Shown: positions 16,207 through 25,835 of the stretch, piece by piece
Layout: every line of letters starts with the position of its first letter
Numbering within the stretch: position 1 is the first letter of the stretch
Assembly: GCA_017451485.1 (NCBI GenBank)
Contig: JAFTOG010000050.1
Coordinates: 1,380 to 65,379 of the forward strand
Direction: 5' to 3'
From: Clostridia bacterium
GTDB lineage: Bacteria; Bacillota; Clostridia; Oscillospirales; CAG-272
Length of the DNA: 64,000 nt
Notes under the pieces: model-generated
The model's database searches: none
The model's input: the letters and a program-made list of their open reading frames with translations, nothing else
Told to the model about the DNA's origin: nothing
Program-made: the position numbers and the translations under genes

Positions 16207-17623
16207 GATTACTATTGCTCTTGGTACTCCTAATGAGAAGCAGATTAAATTCCTTGAGGCTAAAACTAAACACGTTGGCTTTGGCGGTGCGAGAGGCGGC
16301 GGTAAGTCTTGGGTAGTACGAGATAAGGCTAAAAGGCTCAGTCTCAATTATCCCGGTATTAAATGCCTTATAGTAAGACGTACATATCCTGAGCTTGTTA
16401 ATAACCATATAATGCCCTTACAGTCTGAATTACCTCGTGTTGTAGCAAGGTATAACAAGACTGAGAAGATGTTTAACTTCTCTAATGGCAGTATTATCAA
16501 ATTCGGATATTGTAACAATGATAAAGACCTTGACCAATATCAGGGTGCTGAATATGATGTTATCTTCCTTGATGAGGCTACACAGCTTCAAGAAATGTGG
16601 ATAAAGAAGATAATAGCCTGTGTCCGTGGTGTTAATAACTTTCCTAAGAGGGTGTACTACACTTGTAACCCCGGTGGAGCTTCACATGGTTACTTTAAGA
16701 GGCTATTTATTGACAGAAAGTATGAGAACGGAGAAGACCCTAACGATTATACCTTCATTCAGTCCCTTGTTACTGATAATAAGGCTCTTATGGCATCACA
16801 GCCTGACTACATAAAACAGCTTGAGGCACTTCCTCCTAAGCTCCGTGAGGCTTGGCTACACGGACGATGGGATATATTTGAGGGACAATTCTTTGAGGAC
16901 TTCCGAGAGACACCTGATATTGAACTTTGTACTAAAGCAGGTATTACACTTGAAGAAGCATTAGTACAGAGAAGATTTACCCATGTTATAGAGCCTTTCG
17001 ATATTCCGAGAGGGTGGAATATTATGCGATCATATGACTTCGGATACAACAAGCCTTTCTCCCTCGGATATTGGGCGGTTGATTATGACGGTATACTCTA
17101 TCGTATGATGGATGTTTACGGCTGTACACAGACACCTGATGAGGGTGTAAAGTGGACTCCAGATGAACAATTTAAGCATTTTGCAGAGATAGAGAATACA
17201 CATCCTTGGCTAAAGGGCAGAAAGATAGTAGATAGTGTAGCTGACCCTGCTATATGGGACTCATCAAGAGGAGAGAGTATAGCTGAGACTGCTATGAAGT
17301 ACGGTATTTACTTTACACCGGGAGACAATGAGAGAGTGGCCGGGTGGATGCAGGTACATTACAGATTCCAATTTGACCAAAACGGATATCCGAGAATGTA
17401 TTTCTTCAATACCTGCAAGGCGGCTATAAGGACTATACCTCTTATGATGTACTCGGAGACTAAACCCGAAGACCTTGATACAAAGCTTGAAGATCACTGT
17501 CCCGATGAGGTTAGGTATATGTGTATGTCAAGACCTGTTAAGCCTATCGTACCTGCGGAAAGAAAGATTATACTTTCAGACCCATTAAATCAGTTTACAA
17601 ACACTCGCAATAATTACTACTAA
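16199..17623 (+). CDS. terL: terminase large subunit
   Basis: Walker A GFGGARGGGKSW and Walker B DVIFLDEATQL, with a nuclease-half Asp-rich C-part. The ATG at 16199 overlaps the terS end. Confidence 0.88.
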   Translation: MSKITIALGTPNEKQIKFLEAKTKHVGFGGARGGGKSWVVRDKAKRLSLNYPGIKCLIVRRTYPELVNNHIMPLQSELPRVVARYNKTEKMFNFSNGSIIKFGYCNNDKDLDQYQGAEYDVIFLDEATQLQEMWIKKIIACVRGVNNFPKRVYYTCNPGGASHGYFKRLFIDRKYENGEDPNDYTFIQSLVTDNKALMASQPDYIKQLEALPPKLREAWLHGRWDIFEGQFFEDFRETPDIELCTKAGITLEEALVQRRFTHVIEPFDIPRGWNIMRSYDFGYNKPFSLGYWAVDYDGILYRMMDVYGCTQTPDEGVKWTPDEQFKHFAEIENTHPWLKGRKIVDSVADPAIWDSSRGESIAETAMKYGIYFTPGDNERVAGWMQVHYRFQFDQNGYPRMYFFNTCKAAIRTIPLMMYSETKPEDLDTKLEDHCPDEVRYMCMSRPVKPIVPAERKIILSDPLNQFTNTRNNYY

Positions 17624-17641
17624 TAGAGAGGAGTACACACA

Positions 17642-19642
17642 GTGAATCCACTTATAAATAACGGTCCTGTTATAGCTGAGACAAAGGAGCAGGTTAAATC
17701 TCCTGAAGCTATGCCTATGGCAACAGTAACACCGATAGGCTCGGAACAGCTTAAGAAGTTTACAGAGATACTTCAGAAGTACAAATCAGGTAAGACACGT
17801 ACAGAACAGCGTATTGTTGCTTCTGAGAATTGGTGGAAGCTTCGCAACACTATGGAGGAGCAGAAAGAGACCGAGATCGGACAAGATGGAGGTTTTACAA
17901 GCAGGTCAGGTTGGCTTCACAATGTTATTGTCTCCAAACACGCTGATGCAATGGAAGCATATCCTGAGCCTAACATCTTACCAAGAGAGGTAGGAGACAG
18001 AGGAGAGGCACAGAAGCTCTCTGCCATTGTTCCTTGTGTCCTTGAACAGAATAAATTTGAGGAAACATATAGCAAGGCTATGTGGCAGAAGACCAAAACA
18101 GGAACAGGAGCATACAAGGTTGTATGGGACAAGAATAAGCTCAACGGACTTGGAGATATCAACATTGAGTCTGCAAATTTGCTCAATCTCTATTGGGAGC
18201 CGGGCGTTACAAATATCCAAAAGAGCCGCTATTTCTTCCATACAGAGTTATGTGACAAGGACTATCTTGAGCAGAAATATCCCGAACAGTTAAGGGACGG
18301 ACTCAAGGGAGAGGGATTTATAAGTACAAAATTCCTTTATGATGATACCGTAAGTACGGAGAACAAGGCTACTGTTATCGAAGTGTACTATCACAAGTAC
18401 ATAGAGGGCAAGAAAACCCTGCAATACTGTAAGTATGTCAATGACATAGTTCTATATGCGACAGAGAATGATACACAGCCTATCATAAATGAGTTAGAGG
18501 GTACGGTAAAGCCTCCTATGGCTGTTACAGGTCTTTATGACCACGGTAAATTCCCTTATGTATTTGACCCTCTATTCCCCATAGAAGGCTCTCCTTGTGG
18601 ATATGGCTTCGTAGATATATGCCGTAATCCACAGACGGAGATAGATATACTCAAGACAAGCTTCATTAAAAACGCTATGGTGGGTGCTATCCCTCGTTAT
18701 TTCTCAAGTAATGATAGCTCCCTAAATGAAGCGGAGTTTCTTGACCTCTCAAAACCCATAGTTCATGTTAATAACGTAAGGGAAGATACTCTACGCAGGG
18801 TAGAGTACAATTCCCTTGACGGTAACTACATAAACATATTTGACAGATCTATTCAGGAGCTTCGTGAGACAAGCGGCAATACCGAAACAAGCACAGGTAA
18901 TATAAGTTCAGGTGTTACAGCCGCTTCTGCTATAGCTGCCCTTCAGGAAGCAAGCGGAAAGGGAAGCAGAGACAGTACACAGGCTTCATACAGAGCATAT
19001 TCAGAGATAGTTGAGATAACTATTGAGCTTATCAGACAGTTTTATGATATGCCGAGACAGTTCCGCATCCTTGGTGAGTATGGTGCAGAGCAGTATATAA
19101 CATATACAAATGCAGGCTTACAGCCTCAACATCAGGGTAAGGACTTCGGTCAGGATATGGGATATAGACTCCCTATATTCGATATTAAGGTATCTGCTCA
19201 AAAGAAGAATGTATATACCAAGGTTTCACAGAACGAGCTTGCATTACAGTTCTTCCAACTCGGATTCTTTAACCCTCAAATGACAGACCAAGCACTCCTG
19301 TGTCTTGACCTTATGGAATTTGACGGTAAGGACACGGTTATGCAGAAAGTATCAAAGAACGGTACTATATTCCAAAAGCTTTTACAGTATATGCAGTTGG
19401 CTCTTGCATTTGCACAACAAAGCGATCCTATGTTGGCAGAGCAGATAGCACAGGATGTTATGGCTACAATGGGCGGTGGAGGAGGCTCTACAATGGACGG
19501 TATTTCTCCTAAAATGTTTCAGAGTGACAACATAGCAGGTATAGGCAATAAAGAGCCTACAAATGTGGCTAATGCTCGTAGCAGAGCTTCACAAGCCTCA
19601 CAACCTGATAGTGGAAAAGCTACAAAAGGAGGAAAGAAGTAA
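17642..19642 (+). CDS. portal protein
   Basis: A 666-aa ORF immediately after terL. Position, size and a Gly/Ser/Lys-rich C-tail support the call. No motif was recalled independently. Confidence 0.65.
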   Translation: MNPLINNGPVIAETKEQVKSPEAMPMATVTPIGSEQLKKFTEILQKYKSGKTRTEQRIVASENWWKLRNTMEEQKETEIGQDGGFTSRSGWLHNVIVSKHADAMEAYPEPNILPREVGDRGEAQKLSAIVPCVLEQNKFEETYSKAMWQKTKTGTGAYKVVWDKNKLNGLGDINIESANLLNLYWEPGVTNIQKSRYFFHTELCDKDYLEQKYPEQLRDGLKGEGFISTKFLYDDTVSTENKATVIEVYYHKYIEGKKTLQYCKYVNDIVLYATENDTQPIINELEGTVKPPMAVTGLYDHGKFPYVFDPLFPIEGSPCGYGFVDICRNPQTEIDILKTSFIKNAMVGAIPRYFSSNDSSLNEAEFLDLSKPIVHVNNVREDTLRRVEYNSLDGNYINIFDRSIQELRETSGNTETSTGNISSGVTAASAIAALQEASGKGSRDSTQASYRAYSEIVEITIELIRQFYDMPRQFRILGEYGAEQYITYTNAGLQPQHQGKDFGQDMGYRLPIFDIKVSAQKKNVYTKVSQNELALQFFQLGFFNPQMTDQALLCLDLMEFDGKDTVMQKVSKNGTIFQKLLQYMQLALAFAQQSDPMLAEQIAQDVMATMGGGGGSTMDGISPKMFQSDNIAGIGNKEPTNVANARSRASQASQPDSGKATKGGKK

Positions 19643-19968
19643 TGATAAAAGTAACTTACCACAGAGACCTTAACCGTGTTGAGGTCGAGGGACACGCAAA
19701 AAGCGGAGAGATAGGACACGACCTCATATGTGCATCAGCTTCTATCCTTGCATATACACTTGCGGCATTCGTAGAGAATATGAAAAATGCAGGTCAGACA
19801 AGATATCCCAAGGTAGAGCTTAAGGAAGGACACGCAGTAATAGATTGCAGATGTCCAAGCAGATATAAAAACTCGGTGACAATTGCTTTTGACACCGTAT
19901 GCGGAGGCTTTGAGCTTCTTGCACAGAGTTATCCCGACAATATTTCCTATAAGATTATGGAAATGTAA
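19642..19968 (+). CDS. Prp-like (ribosomal-processing cysteine protease / DUF464 family) protease
   Basis: VEGHAKSGEIGHDLICASASIL carries the His...Cys pair and context characteristic of Prp/YsxB proteins. Confidence 0.75.
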   Translation: MIKVTYHRDLNRVEVEGHAKSGEIGHDLICASASILAYTLAAFVENMKNAGQTRYPKVELKEGHAVIDCRCPSRYKNSVTIAFDTVCGGFELLAQSYPDNISYKIMEM

Positions 19969-19990
19969 TAAAAATCAAAGGAGAAACACA

Positions 19991-20248
19991 ATGACAAACG
20001 AAAAATTTATCGAGCAGGCAAAGACTCTTGTGGAAAACTATGCCACAGAACATATTGACAAGACGGACACCGTACCTCCTTTTGATGTGTACGTTGTATG
20101 GAACGCATACATCCTTGGCAATATCAAAGCACTTCTTTCTACCACACTTCACGATGGTATGTATTACGAAGTAACATACAACAAGGCAAAGAACGAGATT
20201 TACTTCGATGCATATAAGAAATTTGAGAACAGAAAGGTAGAACTTTAA
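19991..20248 (+). CDS. hypothetical head-module protein
   Basis: SD AAAGGAGAAA precedes the ATG at 19991. Confidence 0.45.
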   Translation: MTNEKFIEQAKTLVENYATEHIDKTDTVPPFDVYVVWNAYILGNIKALLSTTLHDGMYYEVTYNKAKNEIYFDAYKKFENRKVEL

Positions 20249-20322
20249 TAGTATATAAGCCTTCGGGCAGAATATAGGACTCGCCAACCTAATTGGCAGA
20301 TTATATCGGAGGATTTACTCTT

Positions 20323-21360
20323 ATGAAAAAAATCAAATGGCTTAATCTTCAGTTATTCGCAGGTGAGGGTGCATCGGGCGGTGCAACAGGAACAGGCGAA
20401 GGCACAGGGGGTACAGCCACATCGGGCGAAAATGCGACTGCTGCCGCCGAGCAGAGATTGAGGGAATTGGGTGTTCCCGAAGATAAAATTCGCAAAAGAG
20501 TGAGTAAGGTAGCCTCTAAGATGCCTACAACAACACAGACTGAGACGGTAGAGCAGAATACAGAGGAAACCAATGTGCAGACCACTCCTGCCGAGACTAC
20601 CCCCACGGAAGAAAACAAGGAAACTACTCCTGCTCGTATGAGTTGGGAAGAGATTATGAAAGACCCTGAGTACAATAAGCAGATGCAGATGGTTGTTCAG
20701 TCTCGCTTAAAAGGTGCTAAGACTGCCGAGGACAACCTTGCCAAGCTTACACCTGCTGTGGAATTACTCGCAAGGAAATACAATCTCGATCCTAACAATA
20801 TGGACTATGATGCTCTTGCTAAGGCTATCAGTGATGATGACGGTTACTACGAAGAAAAGGCTCTTGAAATGGGCGTATCTGTAGAAACCGCCAAGAAGAT
20901 TGATAGGCAGGAAAGGGATACTGCGAGAGAGCAGGCACAGGCTCAGAGGACCTTGCAGGAACAGAAGATTCAACAGCATTTTATTAAGCTTGAACAACAG
21001 GCTGAGGCTATGAAGAAGGTATTTCCTAACTTTGACCTCCGTACAGAGCTTAAAAACCCTGCTTTTGCACGTATGACACATCCCAATGTCGGTATAAGCG
21101 TAGAAGATGCGTATTATGCCGTACACCGTAATGAGATACAGACTGCCGCTATGCAGGTAACAGCACAGAAAACGGCACAGAAAATCTCAAATGCCATTCA
21201 GTCAGGTAGCAGAAGACCCGATGAATCGGGTGTATCAGGTCAGGCACCTTCCGTGAGTACATTCAACTATCGTACCGCAAGCAGAGATCAGAGAGAAGCT
21301 TTGAAGAAGCGAATCCGTGATGCGGCGGCACGAGGGGAGAAACTGTATCCCGGACAGTAA
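20323..21360 (+). CDS. scaffolding protein with an N-terminal NLQLFA propeptide
   Basis: MKKIKWLNLQLFAGEG, then Gly/Thr/Glu-rich and coiled-coil Q/E/A-rich sequence. Lies between the portal and capsid genes. Confidence 0.65.
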   Translation: MKKIKWLNLQLFAGEGASGGATGTGEGTGGTATSGENATAAAEQRLRELGVPEDKIRKRVSKVASKMPTTTQTETVEQNTEETNVQTTPAETTPTEENKETTPARMSWEEIMKDPEYNKQMQMVVQSRLKGAKTAEDNLAKLTPAVELLARKYNLDPNNMDYDALAKAISDDDGYYEEKALEMGVSVETAKKIDRQERDTAREQAQAQRTLQEQKIQQHFIKLEQQAEAMKKVFPNFDLRTELKNPAFARMTHPNVGISVEDAYYAVHRNEIQTAAMQVTAQKTAQKISNAIQSGSRRPDESGVSGQAPSVSTFNYRTASRDQREALKKRIRDAAARGEKLYPGQ

Positions 21361-21414
21361 ACCGCATACATTTCTCCTCGAAAAAACTCATATTTTTAAG
21401 AAGGAGAAATTACT

Positions 21415-22515
21415 ATGAAAATCTTTGAAAGATTTATTATCAATCTTCAGCTTTTTGCTGAAGCAGGTACGCTTGTAAATACCCTTACAAACGGCTACGC
21501 TAATGCCTATGACGGCACAAAACAGGATTTTGATGCCTCAAACTCCCTTTCAGGCGAGCTTAAAACATTCTATGATACAGAGCTTCTTGAAAATGCTCGT
21601 GTGGAAATGTTCTATGCTCAGTTTGCTAAGAAGCAGAAACTTCCTGCAAAACATGGTAACACCGTAGAGTGGAGAAAATGGAATACCTTCGCAAAGGCTT
21701 CCAAGCTTCAGGAAGGTGTTATTCCCACAGGTCAGAAGTTCGGTATGAGCTCCAAGACAGGTGCTATCGGTCAGTACGGTACATACACAACCGTTTCTGA
21801 TATCCTTGAACTTCGTGCTTATGATGATACTATCCTCGGTGCAACAGAGGAAATGGGTGCATCCGCAGCTGAAACACAGGAAACTCTCATCAGAGATGCA
21901 CTTCTTGTTAATACCAACGTTCTCTACTGCGATAACAGCACCCTTGCAACAGGTGCTGTAGCAGGTGCAACTCCTACAATGCCTGCTGAGATGGAAGCTT
22001 CCGAAACAGTTATTTGCTTGCTCACTCCTAAGATGGTAGCTAAGGCTGTAACCAAGATGAAGAAGGACAGAGTTCCTACCATAAACGGCAAGTATTACGC
22101 TGTTATCCATCCCTCCGTAGCACACGACCTCCGTAACGATAAGGATTGGATCGAAGTACATAAGTATGCCGCTACATCCGAAATCTTTAACGGTGAAATC
22201 GGTGAGCTTCACGGCTGTCGCTTTATCGAGAATGTATTTGCACCTATTCTCGGTGGTGATGACTATAAGAACAAGGCAGGTACTCTTACTTATGCTACAT
22301 ACTTCTTCGGTAAGGATGCTTTCGGTATCATTGACCCCGAAGAAGGCGGTCTTGAGATGATTGTTAAGGACAAGTCTCAGGTAGGCGGTCCTCTTAATCA
22401 GTTCTCAACTATCGGTTATAAGTTTGAGACAAACGGTGCAACAATCCTTTACACCGAACGTGTACTTCGTGTAATGAGCTGTTCTTCCTACAGTGCAATT
22501 GACGAAGCAAACTAA
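21415..22515 (+). CDS. major capsid protein with an N-terminal NLQLFA propeptide
   Basis: MKIFERFIINLQLFAEAG. A 366-aa protein after the scaffold gene, followed by a hairpin. Confidence 0.75.
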   Translation: MKIFERFIINLQLFAEAGTLVNTLTNGYANAYDGTKQDFDASNSLSGELKTFYDTELLENARVEMFYAQFAKKQKLPAKHGNTVEWRKWNTFAKASKLQEGVIPTGQKFGMSSKTGAIGQYGTYTTVSDILELRAYDDTILGATEEMGASAAETQETLIRDALLVNTNVLYCDNSTLATGAVAGATPTMPAEMEASETVICLLTPKMVAKAVTKMKKDRVPTINGKYYAVIHPSVAHDLRNDKDWIEVHKYAATSEIFNGEIGELHGCRFIENVFAPILGGDDYKNKAGTLTYATYFFGKDAFGIIDPEEGGLEMIVKDKSQVGGPLNQFSTIGYKFETNGATILYTERVLRVMSCSSYSAIDEAN

Positions 22516-22520
22516 TCTAA

Positions 22521-22556
22521 AATAGAGGGCAGAGCTATTTGCCCTGTCCTCTATTT
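22521..22556 (+). terminator. hairpin/terminator after the capsid gene
   Basis: GGGCA/TGCCC core with outer ATAGA/TCTAT pairing, then TTT. Confidence 0.45.
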
Positions 22557-22586
22557 ACTTGAATAATTATTCAGGAGGAATAAATC

Positions 22587-22883
22587 ATGTCTAATGAAAA
22601 AGTAGAAAATGAAAAAGTAGAAGCAGTGGCAGATACCACAAAAGACAAAAAGACAGACGCAGTAAAAGATAAGCGTGTTGACCTTTTTATCCCTAAAGGA
22701 TATGTAAACGATGAGCCTAATTATCTCATCAGCGTAAACGGTAAAAATTATGTTTTGCCTAAGGGTAAAACATCTAAAGTGCCTCCTTGCGTAAAGTACG
22801 AATATGATCGTTCAGTCAGAGCACAGCAGAAGCAGGATGAAAACTCTGAAAAGATGATTGCAGAAGCACAGGCAGGCAAATAA
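22587..22883 (+). CDS. hypothetical head-associated protein (15-bp tandem duplication at 22593-22622)
   Basis: MSNEKVENEKVE. Flanked by hairpins on both sides. Confidence 0.45.
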   Translation: MSNEKVENEKVEAVADTTKDKKTDAVKDKRVDLFIPKGYVNDEPNYLISVNGKNYVLPKGKTSKVPPCVKYEYDRSVRAQQKQDENSEKMIAEAQAGK

Positions 22884-22894
22884 GTGAATAAAAA

Positions 22895-22924
22895 ATGGGG
22901 AGTCATACATTGCTCCCCATTTTT
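22895..22924 (+). terminator. intrinsic terminator/attenuator inside the late operon
   Basis: ATGGGGAG/CTCCCCAT stem and a 10-nt loop, then TTTTT. Confidence 0.55.
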
Positions 22925-22942
22925 AGAAAAGGAGGCGAATTT

Positions 22943-23317
22943 ATGATTATAATGGATGCTCTCTTCCGTATAGATGAGTTAAAACCAAACGGTTACGATC
23001 AGTCTGAGAAAATCAAGTGGCTGAGTACCCTTGACGGAATTATAAAGACGGAAATTATAGACACCCATGAGGGTGGAGAAGATATAGTATTCAACGGATA
23101 TGACGAGAATACAGAACTCGCTACTAATCTGCTTGTCCCTGCTCCATATGATGATGTTTATCTTAGGTGGCTTGAGGCTCAGATAGACTATGCCAACGGA
23201 GAGTACGCAAAGTATAACAACAGCAGTACAGCTTTTAATGATGCATTTGACACATTCAAAAAGTATTACAACAGAACACATATGCCTATATCAAAAGGCA
23301 GTAGATTTAAGTTTTAA
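22943..23317 (+). CDS. hypothetical virion protein (adaptor-size)
   Basis: GGAGG lies 7 nt before the ATG at 22943. The protein is 124 aa. Confidence 0.4.
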   Translation: MIIMDALFRIDELKPNGYDQSEKIKWLSTLDGIIKTEIIDTHEGGEDIVFNGYDENTELATNLLVPAPYDDVYLRWLEAQIDYANGEYAKYNNSSTAFNDAFDTFKKYYNRTHMPISKGSRFKF

Positions 23318-23334
23318 GAGAGGGGAGAGAGTAA

Positions 23335-25083
23335 ATGAAACTATCTATGCTAAGAGAGATACCTTCGACAAGAAGTATGATAGATGTATTCAGGGGATAT
23401 AATCATAACCTTCGTATAGGCGAGGGTGAGTTCTACGATATGAAAAACCTTACATCTGCAGGTTATCCTACCCTCTCTCCTCGACCTAAAAGAGGAATAT
23501 ATAGTTCTCCCAAAAATCCTACAGGACTTATAGCAAAGGACTCCCTGTGCTATGTGGATGGCGAGGACTTTTACATAAATGAATATAAGATTGCTATGGG
23601 ACTCTCTGACGAGCCTAAGACCCTTATATCAATAGGTGCATATGTAATCATTATGCCCGACAAAAAGTATATCAATACTGCCGACTTAACAGATTACGGA
23701 CCTATTGAAGCTTCTGTCGAAACATCCGAAACAACAACCTTTTCACTTTGTAAATTAGATGGAACGGACTATGACTATGAAAAAATAAAAATATCAGATA
23801 CTGCTCCAGAAGATCCTGAAAATCTTGCTCTTTGGATGGATACCTCAAGCACTCCCAATGTTTTGAAGCAGTATTCTGCCTTACATTCGACTTGGACTTC
23901 CGTTGCCACAACATATATAAAGATAAAATCTACGGGTATAGGTAAACCTTTTGCCAAGAATGACGGAGTAACTATATCGGGCATAGATATAGATGAACTT
24001 TCCGATCTCAACAATACCATTGTTGTGTGGGCAAAGGGGGATGATTACATCGTTGTAACAGGAATAATCGAGAGAGTATTATCCACCAATGCAAAGATAA
24101 CTATTACAAGAAGGATGCCTATTATGGACTTTATTATCGAGTCCGGTAACCGATTGTGGGGATGTAAATATGGAATTGCTGTCAACGGACAGGTAGTCAA
24201 TGAGATATACGCATCTAAGCTTGGAGATTTCAAGAATTGGAATTGCTTTATGGGAATCAGCACAGACTCCTATGTGGCTTCTGTAGGTACTGACGGACAG
24301 TTTACAGGAGCTGTTACTCACCTTGGATATCCTCTTTTCTTCAAAGAGAACTGTATGCACAAGGTTTATGGTAATTATCCTGCTAACTTTCAGATACAAA
24401 CCACAGCCTGTAGGGGTGTACAGAAGGGATGCTCAAAGAGTCTTGCCATTGTTAACGAGACTCTATTCTATAAATCAAGGGCCGCTGTATGTGCTTATGA
24501 TGGCTCTCTCCCTGTGGAGATGTCATCTGCTCTCGGAGATGTGGCTTATAGTGATGCAGTAGCAGGCTCTCTTGGTAATAAATATTACATCTCTATGAAA
24601 GATGACAAGGAGGAATACAACCTCTTTGTATATGATACATCAAAAGGTATGTGGCATAGAGAGGATGACACACAGGCAACAGAATTTTGTAATTGTAGAG
24701 GAAATCTATACTATATAGACTACGCAGATAATCAAATAAAGGCTGTCCACGAAATCAAGGGTAACTACAATACAGAAAACATACCGATACAGTGGAGTGC
24801 TACGACAGGCATTATGGGTACAGACTCTCCCGATAAGAAGTACATATCAAGGCTTATTGTAAGGCTTCTCCTTGAGGTTGGAGCAAGTGTATCATTCGCT
24901 ATAGAATATGACTCAAGCGGTGAGTATGAGCATTTATTCACGATGTCGGGTACAAAGCTACAGACATTCTCCATCCCGATAAAGCCAAAACGATGTGACC
25001 ATTTAAGGCTTCGCATTAGAGGAGAGGGAGTAGCAAAGATATTCTCCATAACCAAGACCATAGAGCAAGGAAGTGATGTGTAA
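23335..25083 (+). CDS. hypothetical tail/virion protein (582 aa)
   Basis: Position in the structural operon. Beta-rich sequence. Confidence 0.4.
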   Translation: MKLSMLREIPSTRSMIDVFRGYNHNLRIGEGEFYDMKNLTSAGYPTLSPRPKRGIYSSPKNPTGLIAKDSLCYVDGEDFYINEYKIAMGLSDEPKTLISIGAYVIIMPDKKYINTADLTDYGPIEASVETSETTTFSLCKLDGTDYDYEKIKISDTAPEDPENLALWMDTSSTPNVLKQYSALHSTWTSVATTYIKIKSTGIGKPFAKNDGVTISGIDIDELSDLNNTIVVWAKGDDYIVVTGIIERVLSTNAKITITRRMPIMDFIIESGNRLWGCKYGIAVNGQVVNEIYASKLGDFKNWNCFMGISTDSYVASVGTDGQFTGAVTHLGYPLFFKENCMHKVYGNYPANFQIQTTACRGVQKGCSKSLAIVNETLFYKSRAAVCAYDGSLPVEMSSALGDVAYSDAVAGSLGNKYYISMKDDKEEYNLFVYDTSKGMWHREDDTQATEFCNCRGNLYYIDYADNQIKAVHEIKGNYNTENIPIQWSATTGIMGTDSPDKKYISRLIVRLLLEVGASVSFAIEYDSSGEYEHLFTMSGTKLQTFSIPIKPKRCDHLRLRIRGEGVAKIFSITKTIEQGSDV

Positions 25084-25832
25084 TGGGATTTGACTTTCGC
25101 TTACCAAAAATAACAGGTCATACAGACAGAGAGCAGTTGGTACAAATCAAAAGTTATCTGTATCAAATGGTAGAGCAGCTTAATTTTGCTATGAATAACT
25201 TTGACACGATAACTACATCTGCTGTGGAAAGATATGTTTCTAAAAACTCACTGCTTCGAGAAAATGAAAATGTTACAGTAGATGCTCCTGCTACATTCAA
25301 TGCTATAAAATCTCTCATAATCAAATCTGCCGATATAGTTGAGGCTTACTACGAGGAGATTAACAAGCAATTAGTAGGCGAATATGTGGCTATATCCGAT
25401 TTTGGCATATTTAAGGAATCAACAGAGAGTAATATATCGGCTAATTCAACGAGTATCACAGAGAATTATACTAACATCCAAGAGCTTATAGATGTTATGA
25501 ATAATGACATTGATAGTATTGAGACTACGCTTATAGATGTCAATGCTTACATAAGGACAGGTCTACTTTATACCAACGATGACGGAATTCCTGTATACGG
25601 TCTTGAAATCGGACAACTAAACACCGTTGACGAAGAAGAGGTATTCAATAAATATGCAAGATTTACTTCGGACAGGCTTTCATTCTACGATCAAAACGGC
25701 ACAGAGGTAGCATATATCAGCGATTATAAGCTCTACATAACCCATGTAGAAATAAAAGGCACAGCAATATTCGGAGCATTTGAAATTAATACAACCAAAG
25801 GCTTCAGACTTAAGTATGTAGGAAGGGGGTAA
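25083..25832 (+). CDS. hypothetical tail protein (249 aa, coiled-coil N-part)
   Basis: ATG overlaps the upstream stop (TAATG). Confidence 0.4.
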   Translation: MGFDFRLPKITGHTDREQLVQIKSYLYQMVEQLNFAMNNFDTITTSAVERYVSKNSLLRENENVTVDAPATFNAIKSLIIKSADIVEAYYEEINKQLVGEYVAISDFGIFKESTESNISANSTSITENYTNIQELIDVMNNDIDSIETTLIDVNAYIRTGLLYTNDDGIPVYGLEIGQLNTVDEEEVFNKYARFTSDRLSFYDQNGTEVAYISDYKLYITHVEIKGTAIFGAFEINTTKGFRLKYVGRG

Positions 25833-25835
25833 ATT

